A stretch of 64,000 nucleotides of DNA from Syntrophomonadaceae bacterium (GTDB lineage: Bacteria; Bacillota; Dethiobacteria; DTU022; UBA8154), in NCBI GenBank assembly GCA_007135125.1, contig SLJK01000053.1:3974-67973 (forward strand), read 5' to 3'. A model generated the notes under the pieces. The model did no database searches. It was not told the DNA's origin and was given only the letters and a program-made list of their open reading frames with translations. Below, piece after piece: positions 50,371 through 60,532 of this stretch (position 1 is the stretch's first letter; each line of letters opens with the position of its first letter). Both the position numbers and the translations under genes were made by a program.

Positions 50371-52227
50371 TTAATCATTTGCAGAATTGATATCATTTGT
50401 TTCATTTTCTAGCCCTTCCATATCCAAACCAAAATACTCCATTAATATCTCTCCAGCCACAGGAGCAGCAGTTTCTCCCCCAGTACCCCCGTGTTTGATA
50501 AATACCACCAGGGCTACCTCCGGTTCATCCACCGGAGCATAAGCTACAAATATACTATGGTTGGGAATGCTGCCTTCAGTTCCTACCACCTGAACAGTTC
50601 CCGTCTTACCGGCAATATCTACCGGCAGATCTGCCAGATGTCCGGCCGTTCCTCCGGGCCGGGCAGCCTTTACCATTCCTTCTCTAACAACATCCCATGT
50701 CGCACTGTTAACATCCATATGATGAAGCACCTCAGGTTCGGCCATCATCTCTACATTGCCTTCACTATCTACAACCTTTTCCACCAGGTATGGACGGTAG
50801 TGAATGCCTCCGTTGACAATCATAGCCGCATAATTGGCCATTTGTAAGGGAGTAAAGCTGTGAAAACTCTGGCCGATAGCCGCATCCATTGTTTCAGCAG
50901 GGTACCAACTCTCATTGTAAACCTGCTCCTTATAATCACGGCTGGCCACTATTCCGCTCTTTTCCCCAAATATATCAGTTAATCCTACGGGGCTGCCAAA
51001 GCCAAATTCCCTGCTGTAATGAGCCAGAGAATCTATACCAACTTTCAGGCCCATTTCATAAAAGAAAATATTGCAGGACCGGGTAATAGCATCTACAATG
51101 CCCAGGGTGCCGTGCACCGTTCCCCTATAACAAGATTTAGTCGCTCCGTAACGAGTCAGTGTGCCGCGGCAGGTTATCGTATTATTCCTGCCAACCCCCC
51201 CTGCCTCCATGGCAGCCACAGCCGTCACCATCTTGAAAGAAGAGCCCACCGGATAATGATCTGCGATAGCCTTGTTGTTAAGGGGGCGCCTGGGATCTTC
51301 TTCCAAGGAGCGATAATCCTGCCTAAAAGTATTGGGATCATAGGTTGGAATACTGGCAAGAGCCAAAACTTTTCCACTATCAGGCTCTAAAACCACTGCT
51401 GCAGCTTCTCCCGCATAAAGGTTTCCTTCCTCTTCCAGTTGGCGAGCAACAGCTTCCTTTAAAATATTTTCAACCTTCTTTTGAAAAGAAAGGTCAATGG
51501 TCAGGTATATATCAGAACCAGGTTGTGGGTCCACTCTTTCATACTCCCGAATAGCCTGACCGGTAACATTAACCTCTACCTGAACGCCACCATCTTCTCC
51601 TCTCAGGTAAGGCTCCCAGGCAAGCTCCAATCCTTTCTGCCCAACCAAATCGCCAATTTGGTACTCATAACCTTCCTCCTGCCAGCGCTCAACAATCCAC
51701 TCCTCCATGGGACTATCCCCGAGATATCCAATAATATGAGCAGCTGTTTCCTCACTAACATATTCTCTGATAGGTTGTGCTTCGATGAGGACGCCGGGAA
51801 GATCTAACCGGTGTTCGGCAATCTGTGCTACTACTTCTTCATCCACGTCATTTTTCAAACGTACCGGCAGGTAGCGTCGGTAATATTGTGAACGTATTTT
51901 TTCCATGATTTCCTCTTCTTCCATCTCCAGGAGTTCTCCAAGACGGGAAACGGTTTCTTCTTCATATCCTGTGCCCAGATCTACCATGGAAACAGTAAAA
52001 CCGGGTCTGTTAGTAGCCAGTTGTTCGCCTTGCTGGTCAAATACTTCCCCGCGTGGTGCGGTTATAGGAAGAATACGCATTCTGTTGGTTTCAGCTCTTG
52101 CCCAATAATGCTCGTGCTGGATAATCTGCAGGTACGCAAGGCGTGCTGAGAGGAGGACAAAAATAAGAAGCACAATTGATATAAACAATCGGGTTCTTTT
52201 TAACATTCGCTTATCCATATATATCAC
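50371..52227 (-). CDS. mrdA: Penicillin-binding protein 2 (class B transpeptidase)
   Basis: 618 aa; SxxK (SSFK), SxN and KTG(T) motifs. Confidence 0.85.
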   Translation of the reverse strand: MIYMDKRMLKRTRLFISIVLLIFVLLSARLAYLQIIQHEHYWARAETNRMRILPITAPRGEVFDQQGEQLATNRPGFTVSMVDLGTGYEEETVSRLGELLEMEEEEIMEKIRSQYYRRYLPVRLKNDVDEEVVAQIAEHRLDLPGVLIEAQPIREYVSEETAAHIIGYLGDSPMEEWIVERWQEEGYEYQIGDLVGQKGLELAWEPYLRGEDGGVQVEVNVTGQAIREYERVDPQPGSDIYLTIDLSFQKKVENILKEAVARQLEEEGNLYAGEAAAVVLEPDSGKVLALASIPTYDPNTFRQDYRSLEEDPRRPLNNKAIADHYPVGSSFKMVTAVAAMEAGGVGRNNTITCRGTLTRYGATKSCYRGTVHGTLGIVDAITRSCNIFFYEMGLKVGIDSLAHYSREFGFGSPVGLTDIFGEKSGIVASRDYKEQVYNESWYPAETMDAAIGQSFHSFTPLQMANYAAMIVNGGIHYRPYLVEKVVDSEGNVEMMAEPEVLHHMDVNSATWDVVREGMVKAARPGGTAGHLADLPVDIAGKTGTVQVVGTEGSIPNHSIFVAYAPVDEPEVALVVFIKHGGTGGETAAPVAGEILMEYFGLDMEGLENETNDINSAND

Positions 52228-52761
52228 TCACCTGTAGGAAGGGTTGAAAAAATTGGCACGGTCAGCCTTGTAAATAATAGGATAAAGAAAAAGCGTTAAA
52301 GCAAAGTGGTAGAAAGCACGGAACAGAAAAATACTTTCCACTGCCACAAAAAAACCCATTTCAGCCCCCCAATAAAAGCTGACCAACATATAAAGAATTG
52401 ACTCATGCATTATTGTAGCAAAAAAAACGGTCAGCATAGGGCCAACAATCTGATCCTTGTAAATTTCACGAGATATCAATCCGGAGAAATAAGCAGACAG
52501 CATTTTGGCAAGAGCAAAAAAACCAATTGCGGGGCCAAAAAAAATATCCTGGAGCAGGCCTGTAATAATTCCCAGAATCATACCCTTCTTCTCTCCCCAA
52601 AGGAAAGAAAGGCATACTATCACTATCAACAGCAAATCCGGTTTAATACCTCTTAAAAATACCAGGGCAAAAAAGGAACCTTCCAGCACCAGTAATATAA
52701 CCGCCAAAAAAATAATAATAAGGTAAGGGGCTAAAGTAATGCCATTCTCGTTATCCATCAA
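52228..52761 (-). CDS. mreD: Rod shape-determining protein MreD
   Basis: 177 aa polytopic membrane protein directly after mreC. Confidence 0.75.
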   Translation of the reverse strand: MMDNENGITLAPYLIIIFLAVILLVLEGSFFALVFLRGIKPDLLLIVIVCLSFLWGEKKGMILGIITGLLQDIFFGPAIGFFALAKMLSAYFSGLISREIYKDQIVGPMLTVFFATIMHESILYMLVSFYWGAEMGFFVAVESIFLFRAFYHFALTLFLYPIIYKADRANFFNPSYR

Positions 52762-53660
52762 AGTAGGCTTTCCCTGCCTTCCCTTTGCCCTTCCATGCTG
52801 AAATTGCCTTCCATATTCTCCTCTTCCTGCCTGATATCCAGGACAATAAAAACTTCTTCCAGGCGGTTAAAGTTAACTGCAGGACGCACCAATGCCTGCT
52901 GCAAAAGCCCGTATTGATCTTTGCCAACTTCCATTACCTCCCCCACAATCAATCCTTTGGGGAAAACACCGCCCATTCCTGAAGAAATAATGGTATCACC
53001 AGATTGTATATTGGCTTCCGGAGGAAGGTTAATCACTCTTAAATAACCTTCTTCTTCGGGGTAACCCTCCACTATTCCTGCCGTTCCCGGATCCCTGGAA
53101 CGCTGTACAAGTATACTAACTGCCCGCCTGGAATCCGTTAGCAGCAGAACCTTGGAAGTATTCCGGGAAACCTGAAAAACATTACCCACTAATCCTTCTG
53201 CAGTGACTACAGCCATTTTTTCCTCGATGCCGTGATAGTAACCCCTATTAATAGTAATAGTTTCGAACCAATGGGTAGGATCCCTGGCAATAACTTCTGC
53301 TGGAAGCAATTCGTACTCTGTTCTTTCTTGGAATCCAAGCATTTCTCTAAGGCGAAAATTTTCTTTCTGCAGCTCCAGCAGCTCTTGCCGGTAAGTATCT
53401 CTAGCTGCCAATACTTCACGAAGCTCACGGTTTTCTTCCAATATTTCCCTGTAACCCGTTACCCCCTGCAAAAAATCAGACGCGCTGCTTCCTAGCTCAG
53501 AAATAAATCCCTGTACCGGAGAAATGGCTGTTAATACCAGGTTTTCAATAAAGGTATAGCGAGAACGGTGTTCACCGGTAAAATTAATCAAGGCCAACAA
53601 TAATATTACTATAGCCAAAAAACCCAACAGTTTAGGGGAAAATCTAGTCAACCTTAACAC
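52758..53660 (-). CDS. mreC: Rod shape-determining protein MreC
   Basis: 300 aa; N-terminal TM, coiled coil, beta domain; 4-bp overlap with mreD. Confidence 0.85.
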   Translation of the reverse strand: MLRLTRFSPKLLGFLAIVILLLALINFTGEHRSRYTFIENLVLTAISPVQGFISELGSSASDFLQGVTGYREILEENRELREVLAARDTYRQELLELQKENFRLREMLGFQERTEYELLPAEVIARDPTHWFETITINRGYYHGIEEKMAVVTAEGLVGNVFQVSRNTSKVLLLTDSRRAVSILVQRSRDPGTAGIVEGYPEEEGYLRVINLPPEANIQSGDTIISSGMGGVFPKGLIVGEVMEVGKDQYGLLQQALVRPAVNFNRLEEVFIVLDIRQEEENMEGNFSMEGQREGRESLL

Positions 53661-53692
53661 TGCCTTCCCTCAATCAAGAATATTTCTGCGGT

Positions 53693-54733
53693 CTATTTCA
53701 CAAAAGCCTTATTGGGTTTAACAGCAACTCTTTTTAGAAGTTCTATAGCCGTAAGGGCTTTACCTGCACCTATTACCACACAATCAAGCGGATCTTCGGC
53801 CATATATACCGGCATCCCGGTCTCTTCAGCCACTAATTTATCCAGTCCTCGTAATAAGGCTCCTCCACCACTTAAAATTACTCCTTTTTCCATTATATCT
53901 GCAGCCAATTCAGGTGGAGTCCTCTCCAGGGTGTTTTTTATGGTCTCCATGATTGCAGAAACAGGCTCGGCAAGAGCTGTTTCTATTTCCCATGAAGTTA
54001 CTGTTAAAACCTTGGGGAGACCGCTAACCAGGTCCCTACCCCTGATATCTTTCTTTTCATCTTCCTCCATATGAAAGGCCGAACCAAGATCTATTTTTAG
54101 TTCTTCGGCAGTTCTTTCACCGATCATTAAATTATAGGTTTTCTTTATGTAGTTAATAATGGCTTCATCCATCTCGTCGCCACCGACTCGGATAGATTTG
54201 CTGGTAACAATACCTCCTAAAGAGATAACTGCTACTTCGGAAGTGCCACCTCCCACGTCGACAATCATGCTGCCGGTAGGCTCCTCCACGGGAAGCCCTG
54301 CTCCTATGGCAGCTGCCATAGGTTCCTCTATCAAAAAGGCCTGTTTGGCTCCAGCTTGTTTTGTGGCATCTAAAACAGCTCTTTTTTCTACCTCCGTAAC
54401 CCCGGAAGGAACACAAACAACAACCTGGGGAAGAAACAGAGCACGCCTCCTATAGGCTTTAGCAATAAAATGCTTGAGCATGGTTTGGGTGACATCAAAA
54501 TCAGCAATAACACCATCTTTCATGGGCCTTATGGCCACAATATTGCCCGGCGTTCGACCTATCATCTGCTTGGCTTCCTCTCCTACAGCGAGTATAGAGC
54601 CGTTATCTCTTCGAATAGCAACCACGGAAGGTTCTCGAAGCACTATTCCCTTTTTCCTCACATAAACCAGTGTGTTTGCTGTTCCCAGATCTATTCCAAT
54701 ATCTCTTACAAATAGCCCGTTAAAAAGCCCCAT
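53693..54733 (-). CDS. mreB: Rod shape-determining protein MreB (actin homolog)
   Basis: 346 aa; [16 protein letters not shown]-terminus. Confidence 0.95.
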   Translation of the reverse strand: MGLFNGLFVRDIGIDLGTANTLVYVRKKGIVLREPSVVAIRRDNGSILAVGEEAKQMIGRTPGNIVAIRPMKDGVIADFDVTQTMLKHFIAKAYRRRALFLPQVVVCVPSGVTEVEKRAVLDATKQAGAKQAFLIEEPMAAAIGAGLPVEEPTGSMIVDVGGGTSEVAVISLGGIVTSKSIRVGGDEMDEAIINYIKKTYNLMIGERTAEELKIDLGSAFHMEEDEKKDIRGRDLVSGLPKVLTVTSWEIETALAEPVSAIMETIKNTLERTPPELAADIMEKGVILSGGGALLRGLDKLVAEETGMPVYMAEDPLDCVVIGAGKALTAIELLKRVAVKPNKAFVK

Positions 54734-54802
54734 TCTCTTGGAATCTCCTTTCTTTACCGTTTCTTCATCTTTTTCTTTGTCTGCCCATTATACTGGAAAA
54801 CC

Positions 54803-55435
54803 TCAATTCATAAAACCCATTTCTTTAAAACTCAGATATTTTTCTTCACCAACAATAATGTGATCCAGTACCACTATCCCCAATAGGTTTCCGGCTTTTA
54901 CTAATCTTGTGGTAATCTCCAGATCCTCGTTGCTGGGATAGGGGTCCCCACTGGGGTGATTGTGCGCCAGGATAATAGCGGCAGCGCTTTTTTTGACAGG
55001 CAAATGAAATATTTCCCGGGGATGAACAATGGAAGCACTTAGACTGCCTACAGAAACTTCTTCTAAAGAAATAATAAAATTTTTGGCGTCTAATAAAATA
55101 ATCTTAAAATACTCTTTTTTATAGTAACGCATCTCTTCCATTAAATAACTGCCCACGGCATGGGGGGAGTTTAGAGAAAGGTTGTGGGGGCGCAGTGTGA
55201 ATTTAATGCGTTTTCCCAGCTCCAACGCCGCTTTTAACTGGACTGCTTTGGCCGGTCCGATTCCCTTTATTTTTTCCAACTCTTCCAGGGTATAATCCGG
55301 CAGATAACGCAAACCCCCGACCTTTTCAATAACTGTTTCTGCCAGGTTTATAGCCGTTTTTTCCCTGTAACCTGTTCGCAGTAAAATAGCTAGAAGCTCC
55401 GAGTTGGAAAGTTTTTCAGCACCTTCGACTTTCAT
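54803..55435 (-). CDS. radC: RadC-family JAB/MPN domain protein
   Basis: 210 aa; HhH N-terminus and JAMM motif (HNHPSGDPYPS). Confidence 0.85.
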   Translation of the reverse strand: MKVEGAEKLSNSELLAILLRTGYREKTAINLAETVIEKVGGLRYLPDYTLEELEKIKGIGPAKAVQLKAALELGKRIKFTLRPHNLSLNSPHAVGSYLMEEMRYYKKEYFKIILLDAKNFIISLEEVSVGSLSASIVHPREIFHLPVKKSAAAIILAHNHPSGDPYPSNEDLEITTRLVKAGNLLGIVVLDHIIVGEEKYLSFKEMGFMN

Positions 55436-55507
55436 TCTCTCACGCGGACGTTCTTCCAGTGGGAAATCCTTAATTGTTCGTCTATTCTCCGTTGGAGTAT
55501 CCTCCTT

Positions 55508-56071
55508 TTACCAGATAGGCCAATTGTACTCTTTGAGCATTTTTACAAGCAATGCAATAGGCAGGCCTACCACGTTAAAATAACATCCTTCTATCCGTTT
55601 TACGAAAACAGCACCTTTTTCCTGGATGCCATAACCACCGGCCTTATCCCAGGGTTCCCCGGAAGCAGCATAAGAATATATTTCTTCCTCTTCAATCTCT
55701 CGGAAAAAAACCCTGGTTTCTTCCTGCTCAACCCTTGCCCGTCCCTTTTCCATGAGAGCCACAGCCGTTATCACACGGTGTTCTTTTCCATTCAACATAT
55801 TTAACATTTTTACCGCGTCTGAAGTATCCCGTGGTTTACCCATAATTATTTCTTCACATATAACAGCAGTATCAGCTCCCAGGATCAGGGAATGTGGATA
55901 TAATAGAAAAACCTTTTCCGCTTTCGCCAGGGCATTTTCCCCCACCATTTTTTCAACCTTCACAGGGGACTCTTGATATGGACTTCTTACAGAACGAAAG
56001 CTCAGCCCGATTTGCTTTAATAGTGCAGCTCGACGCGGTGATGCAGACGCCAGGATTATTTCTTCCACCAT
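55508..56071 (-). CDS. maf: Maf-like nucleoside triphosphate pyrophosphatase
   Basis: ILASASPRR N-terminal motif; the ORF track extends to 56098, but the Maf core begins at the second Met. Confidence 0.85.
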   Translation of the reverse strand: MVEEIILASASPRRAALLKQIGLSFRSVRSPYQESPVKVEKMVGENALAKAEKVFLLYPHSLILGADTAVICEEIIMGKPRDTSDAVKMLNMLNGKEHRVITAVALMEKGRARVEQEETRVFFREIEEEEIYSYAASGEPWDKAGGYGIQEKGAVFVKRIEGCYFNVVGLPIALLVKMLKEYNWPIW

Positions 56072-56109
56072 ACCGCCCCCAGAATAAGGATGCCACAAAA
56101 AAACGCTTT

Positions 56110-56646
56110 TTAAACTTTCACGGATTGCAAACCTATGCGTTCAGCTACCTTTTCCAGGTAAGCAGCAGCTACACCGGTAAAAAAACCTGTGGGAACTGCC
56201 AGAAGAAGTAAAAGAGGAAGATATCCCCTAAATAAAAGAAAATTTTGCACCAGCAGAGAAGCCAAGGCCAGTTGAACGATATTAAAGGTAACAGCTCCTG
56301 CAATGCTAACTGACACCAGGGTTATGACCCCTCGGCGGTAAATTTCCATAAACAGCGCCATCACCAGGCAGCTTATTATTGCTCCACTGAAGCTGAGGTA
56401 AAAACCAAATCCCAAAAAGTTTCCGATCATCAATGCCCCAATAATACTGCGTAAGGAGGAAACCAGCAGCCCGCTGCGCAATCCGTATAGAACGAGAGTG
56501 AGAAGAGTTATAATATTGGCCAGGCCTAATTTTGCACCCGGAACAGGAATAGGAAGCGGCAAGGCCGCTTCCACTGTATGGATCGCCACCGCAAAAGTGA
56601 CCAGCAAGGACAGGTAAACCATCCTGAAGGTTTTTCCCCGTTCCAA
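56110..56646 (-). CDS. Gx transporter family membrane protein (heptaprenyl diphosphate synthase component I-like)
   Basis: 178 aa; 5-6 TM; family usually paired with ApbE. Confidence 0.65.
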   Translation of the reverse strand: MERGKTFRMVYLSLLVTFAVAIHTVEAALPLPIPVPGAKLGLANIITLLTLVLYGLRSGLLVSSLRSIIGALMIGNFLGFGFYLSFSGAIISCLVMALFMEIYRRGVITLVSVSIAGAVTFNIVQLALASLLVQNFLLFRGYLPLLLLLAVPTGFFTGVAAAYLEKVAERIGLQSVKV

Positions 56647-56693
56647 CTTATTTTTGTCCCACCTTTTTAATCGGGAATACTATTACGGGTCTG

Positions 56694-57767
56694 CTATAAT
56701 ATCTCCAACTTCTCATCCAGCCCGGAAGTATAATGAATATCCCCTTCCTTATCTATCAATACTCCTTCCATATCAGAAAGAGTCTCTAATAATTCCAAGC
56801 CCCTTTCAATACCAAGAACAAAAACAGCTGTAGAATAAGCATCGGCAGCAAGAGTATCAGGACCCAGAACAGTCACGCTTATAATCCCTCCATCTGCTGG
56901 CCATCCGCTTTCAGGATCGATAATATGATGATAGCGTTCACCATCCTCTTCAAAAAAACGTTGGTAATCCCCTGATGTAGCCACGCTTCCCTGGTCAATT
57001 TGTAATGTGGCAAACCATTTTTGAGGATCACGGGGATCCTGGACAGCAATCTTCCATGGCTCGCCATCCGTCTTGGATCCGGTGATGTTAATATCCCCGC
57101 CGGCATTAACAAACGACCCTTCAACTCCCGATTCCTCTATTACTTTTTGTCCGCGATCTACGATAAATCCTTTGGCAATTCCTCCCAAATCCAGTTGCAT
57201 GCCTTCTTTAGCTAAAAAAACGCTGGATTCTTCCTCGTTTATTTCAACCTTTTCATAATCAACCTGTAATAGTGCCTCTTCAATTTCTTCAGAGGAAGGA
57301 CGCTGTTGTTCATCTTCTTCATTTCCAAAACCCCAAACTTCTAATAGCGGGCCCACTGTAGGGTCAAAGACCCCTTCTGTCAACCGGGAAATAGCCAGCG
57401 CCTCTTCAATTACCAGTATAACCTCCGGGCCAACCTCAACCCATTCACGACCGGCTGCCCTATTGATATGTTCAATATCGCTTCCTTCAATATGCCTGCT
57501 GAAAATGCCTTCCAAGCGTTCCATCTCGGCAAAAGCTTCTTTCGCAATAGCGTTTCCTTCACTTTCACTAATTCCATACATAGTTACAGTAACATGCGTG
57601 TCCATAACCAGGCGCATTCTGGTTATCTTATCTTCTTCAGAACCAAAACACCCGGAAAAAATCACGGCCAGAATAGTGAAGAACAGCAAAATCAATAAAA
57701 CCCTGTATCTATCCTTTTTCATAATATTTCGCTCCAATATTCTGTAACAATATATATCTTCCCGCAA
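56694..57767 (-). CDS. apbE: FAD:protein FMN transferase (ApbE family) lipoprotein
   Basis: 357 aa; signal peptide/lipobox (FSGC); ApbE fold motifs (DLGGIAKG). Confidence 0.85.
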   Translation of the reverse strand: MREDIYCYRILERNIMKKDRYRVLLILLFFTILAVIFSGCFGSEEDKITRMRLVMDTHVTVTMYGISESEGNAIAKEAFAEMERLEGIFSRHIEGSDIEHINRAAGREWVEVGPEVILVIEEALAISRLTEGVFDPTVGPLLEVWGFGNEEDEQQRPSSEEIEEALLQVDYEKVEINEEESSVFLAKEGMQLDLGGIAKGFIVDRGQKVIEESGVEGSFVNAGGDINITGSKTDGEPWKIAVQDPRDPQKWFATLQIDQGSVATSGDYQRFFEEDGERYHHIIDPESGWPADGGIISVTVLGPDTLAADAYSTAVFVLGIERGLELLETLSDMEGVLIDKEGDIHYTSGLDEKLEIL

Positions 57768-57919
57768 CTGAAAAAGGCAAACACTCTATGCAAGAGCTAT
57801 CATCTTGTCGAACATAATTATACTACCACTTTTGCTCTCTTTAAGCAAGGTAATCTCAGCAATGCTCGAAGGTAGAAAATAATAGCTAAAGTTCTCTTCT
57901 TCCTACGGAACAATTTGCA

Positions 57920-57946
57920 TAAAAAACAGCGTGACTAAATCACGCC
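57920..57946 (-). terminator. Rho-independent terminator of the Mrp-like operon (GGCGTGA-ttta-GTCACGC followed by T6 on the minus strand)
   Basis: 6-bp perfect stem; plus-strand A-run 57921-57926; 55 nt after the last gene. Confidence 0.65.
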
Positions 57947-58001
57947 ATTTGAATAGCTCACCCCGAAGTACTGTTTAAACTTTTTCCCCGTCCATATTTC
58001 C

Positions 58002-60443
58002 CTATAATTCCGTAAGACCACGGGCAAAATAAAAGAGGATAAAAATTATGATCCCCAGCATCAATACCAGGAGCAGAGAATCAAAGTTAAGGTTCTTAAT
58101 ATTCCATTCCATAGGATTTAAAGCGACTTTCTTGCGAGCACCTTGTCTTTTTTCTTCCTCCTCTTTGCCCTCCCCTCCTGTTGACTCTCCTTTTTGCAAG
58201 CTTTTATCGATAAATTCTCTGGTTGAAGAGCCAGCTTTTTCGTAACCTTTATTTAAGGCTTCATCAAATTTACCGGTACGATCCGTAAACTTTTTAACAG
58301 TTTTTCCAGTTTGTTCATAGGCTTCATCCAGCGCTTTATCTAAGCCGGCAGTGCGATCAGTCATGCGCCTTGTTGCTGCACCTGTAGATTCGTAAGCCTT
58401 ATCCAGGGCACGGTCCAAGCCGGCAGTCCGGTCTGCAAATTTTTTGACGCCGGACCCGGTGCGTTCATAAGCTTCATCTAAAGTACTGTCTAGCTCTCTG
58501 GTTTTTTTTACATAATCAAGGGCTTTTGATCCGGAGGTCATATAAAGATCATCCAATCCTTTATCAAAGGAACCAAAGTAACGGCAGAATTGGAGAAATT
58601 TGCCGCCAATCTCAGCGTAAAAATTATTCACACCCCCGTCCATTGTTTTACAGGAACGCAAAAGATAAAAATACACAATTTTTGCCAGGGGCGCAAAAAT
58701 TAAGTACTCGATACTAACCCAGCGGGGAAAGCTATATTCATACAACCTGAACTTGTGTAGTGGAATATATAACAATAATGCCAGCAAAATAACGGTGCCG
58801 GCCGCCGCCAGGGGGTGAGAACCGAAATAGGCCAGATCTCTTACATGTTCGATAGAGTATGGTTCGAAAACAAAAGAAGCTGTTGAAGCCAGGACAAATT
58901 GGTTTACAAAATAGTGGGGGAAAAACCCTATAATTAATATGAATAAGGCCAGCACATAGAGCGGGGCATAGAGTACCCATGTGCCGCTTTGCTTTACAAG
59001 CCCTTCAGGTTCTTTTCCCCAAAAAACCTGTTGAAAAAATTTCAAATAATAACAGAGAGTTAAGGCGCTGCCTACTATAAAAACCTTCTCTGCCAGGAAG
59101 ATATCCAAAGTACCATGAAGATAGTAAGCCTCCAGCAGTGAATCGTGAATAAGCGTTTTGCTAATATAACCACTAAAGAGGGGCACTCCCGCGATTGCCA
59201 GAACATATAAGATAAAAAACCCGGTCAGCATCGGCATAGAGCGATAAAGACCTCCCAATTTCTTAAACTCTAACTGACCGGTCCGGTAATAAATTATACC
59301 TACAATAAGAAAAAAACCTGTTTTGAATAGAGTATGGTTAAAAGAATGCAGCACAGCCCCGCTGTAACCCATAGCTTCTTCCGCACCAAAAAGAAAGGCT
59401 CCGGCACCAATACCCGTAAAAACATAACCCATCTGGCTGATGGAACTATAAGCTAAAAGCTTCATCATATTGCTCTGCAAAAGAGCTATTACCGCGCCAA
59501 CCACCATGGTCATAAGGCCCAGCCACATTACGAAATAACCGGTAGATACGGCGAAGGAAAAGAGATGCCCAGGCTCCAGGGTAGATGGGGTAAATACAAG
59601 CATGAGGATCCGTATTACACCGTAAACTCCGGCTTTGATCATTGCTCCCGAAGAAAGCGCATTGACTATGGCCGGCCCGGCAGCGTAAGCTTTGGGCATC
59701 CATAGATGGAGCGGCACAACTCCTGCTTTTATACCAAAACCGACAAAAAAACAGGCAAATATTAATAGCAAGCTAACTGCAGGACCTCTTTCCATCTCCT
59801 CCATCAAGTTTGTTAACTCTACAGTTCCGGCAGCACTATAAAGGGCGAATATCCCGAATAAGAGCACCAGGCCACCCGCTACTCCCAGGTATAAATAAAA
59901 TTTTCCTGCTGCCAGGGCCTGGGGATTAAGCCGCCCAATAACCAAAACATAGGAAAAAAAAGTCATCATTTCAAAAAACAAAAAAAGAGTGACCAGGTCT
60001 CCGGCGACAAAAACACCTAGAATACTTCCCAGTGTTAATAGTGAAAAACAATAATATAGAACATGATTGGCTTCAACCCGAATATAATGATAAGCAAATA
60101 TAAGCACAAGCATCCAGGCCAGGGAAGCTAAAAAAGCAAATATAAAACCTAAAAGATCCACCCTGAACGAAAGCCCCAGGCTCATGAGTTCGTAAAAGCG
60201 ATATTCTATCACCCCCTGACGCACTAATGGATACAAAGAAAGCACCATAAGAAAAGTGGCCATTCCCGCCAGGGAAGCAAAAAAAGCGGCCAATCTTTTA
60301 TTTTTAATGCTGAGCACATAAACCACAAGTGCTGCAGCCATAGGAAAAAGAACAACGGCCACAGGCCGCAAGGAAATAATGGTGTCAGCAGCTGCCAAAT
60401 TGTTCGATATTGCAGATAAAATCATGGGAACCATCCCCTTCAA
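58002..60443 (-). CDS. MrpA/NuoL-like antiporter-type membrane subunit with a C-terminal tandem 25-aa repeat domain and a terminal TM anchor
   Basis: 813 aa; proton-pumping antiporter-like core; residues about 600-720 contain 4 repeats (xGLDxALDxAYExTGxxxxxFxDRT); final TM LLLVLMLGIIIFILFYF. Confidence 0.75.
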   Translation of the reverse strand: MKGMVPMILSAISNNLAAADTIISLRPVAVVLFPMAAALVVYVLSIKNKRLAAFFASLAGMATFLMVLSLYPLVRQGVIEYRFYELMSLGLSFRVDLLGFIFAFLASLAWMLVLIFAYHYIRVEANHVLYYCFSLLTLGSILGVFVAGDLVTLFLFFEMMTFFSYVLVIGRLNPQALAAGKFYLYLGVAGGLVLLFGIFALYSAAGTVELTNLMEEMERGPAVSLLLIFACFFVGFGIKAGVVPLHLWMPKAYAAGPAIVNALSSGAMIKAGVYGVIRILMLVFTPSTLEPGHLFSFAVSTGYFVMWLGLMTMVVGAVIALLQSNMMKLLAYSSISQMGYVFTGIGAGAFLFGAEEAMGYSGAVLHSFNHTLFKTGFFLIVGIIYYRTGQLEFKKLGGLYRSMPMLTGFFILYVLAIAGVPLFSGYISKTLIHDSLLEAYYLHGTLDIFLAEKVFIVGSALTLCYYLKFFQQVFWGKEPEGLVKQSGTWVLYAPLYVLALFILIIGFFPHYFVNQFVLASTASFVFEPYSIEHVRDLAYFGSHPLAAAGTVILLALLLYIPLHKFRLYEYSFPRWVSIEYLIFAPLAKIVYFYLLRSCKTMDGGVNNFYAEIGGKFLQFCRYFGSFDKGLDDLYMTSGSKALDYVKKTRELDSTLDEAYERTGSGVKKFADRTAGLDRALDKAYESTGAATRRMTDRTAGLDKALDEAYEQTGKTVKKFTDRTGKFDEALNKGYEKAGSSTREFIDKSLQKGESTGGEGKEEEEKRQGARKKVALNPMEWNIKNLNFDSLLLVLMLGIIIFILFYFARGLTEL

Positions 60444-60532
60444 ACACTTAACCTATGTAGATTCCTGTATACCTGCACCACGGCAACAGGCATAAATTTT
60501 CCTTAATTCATAAAATTACACCGGGCCGGAAC

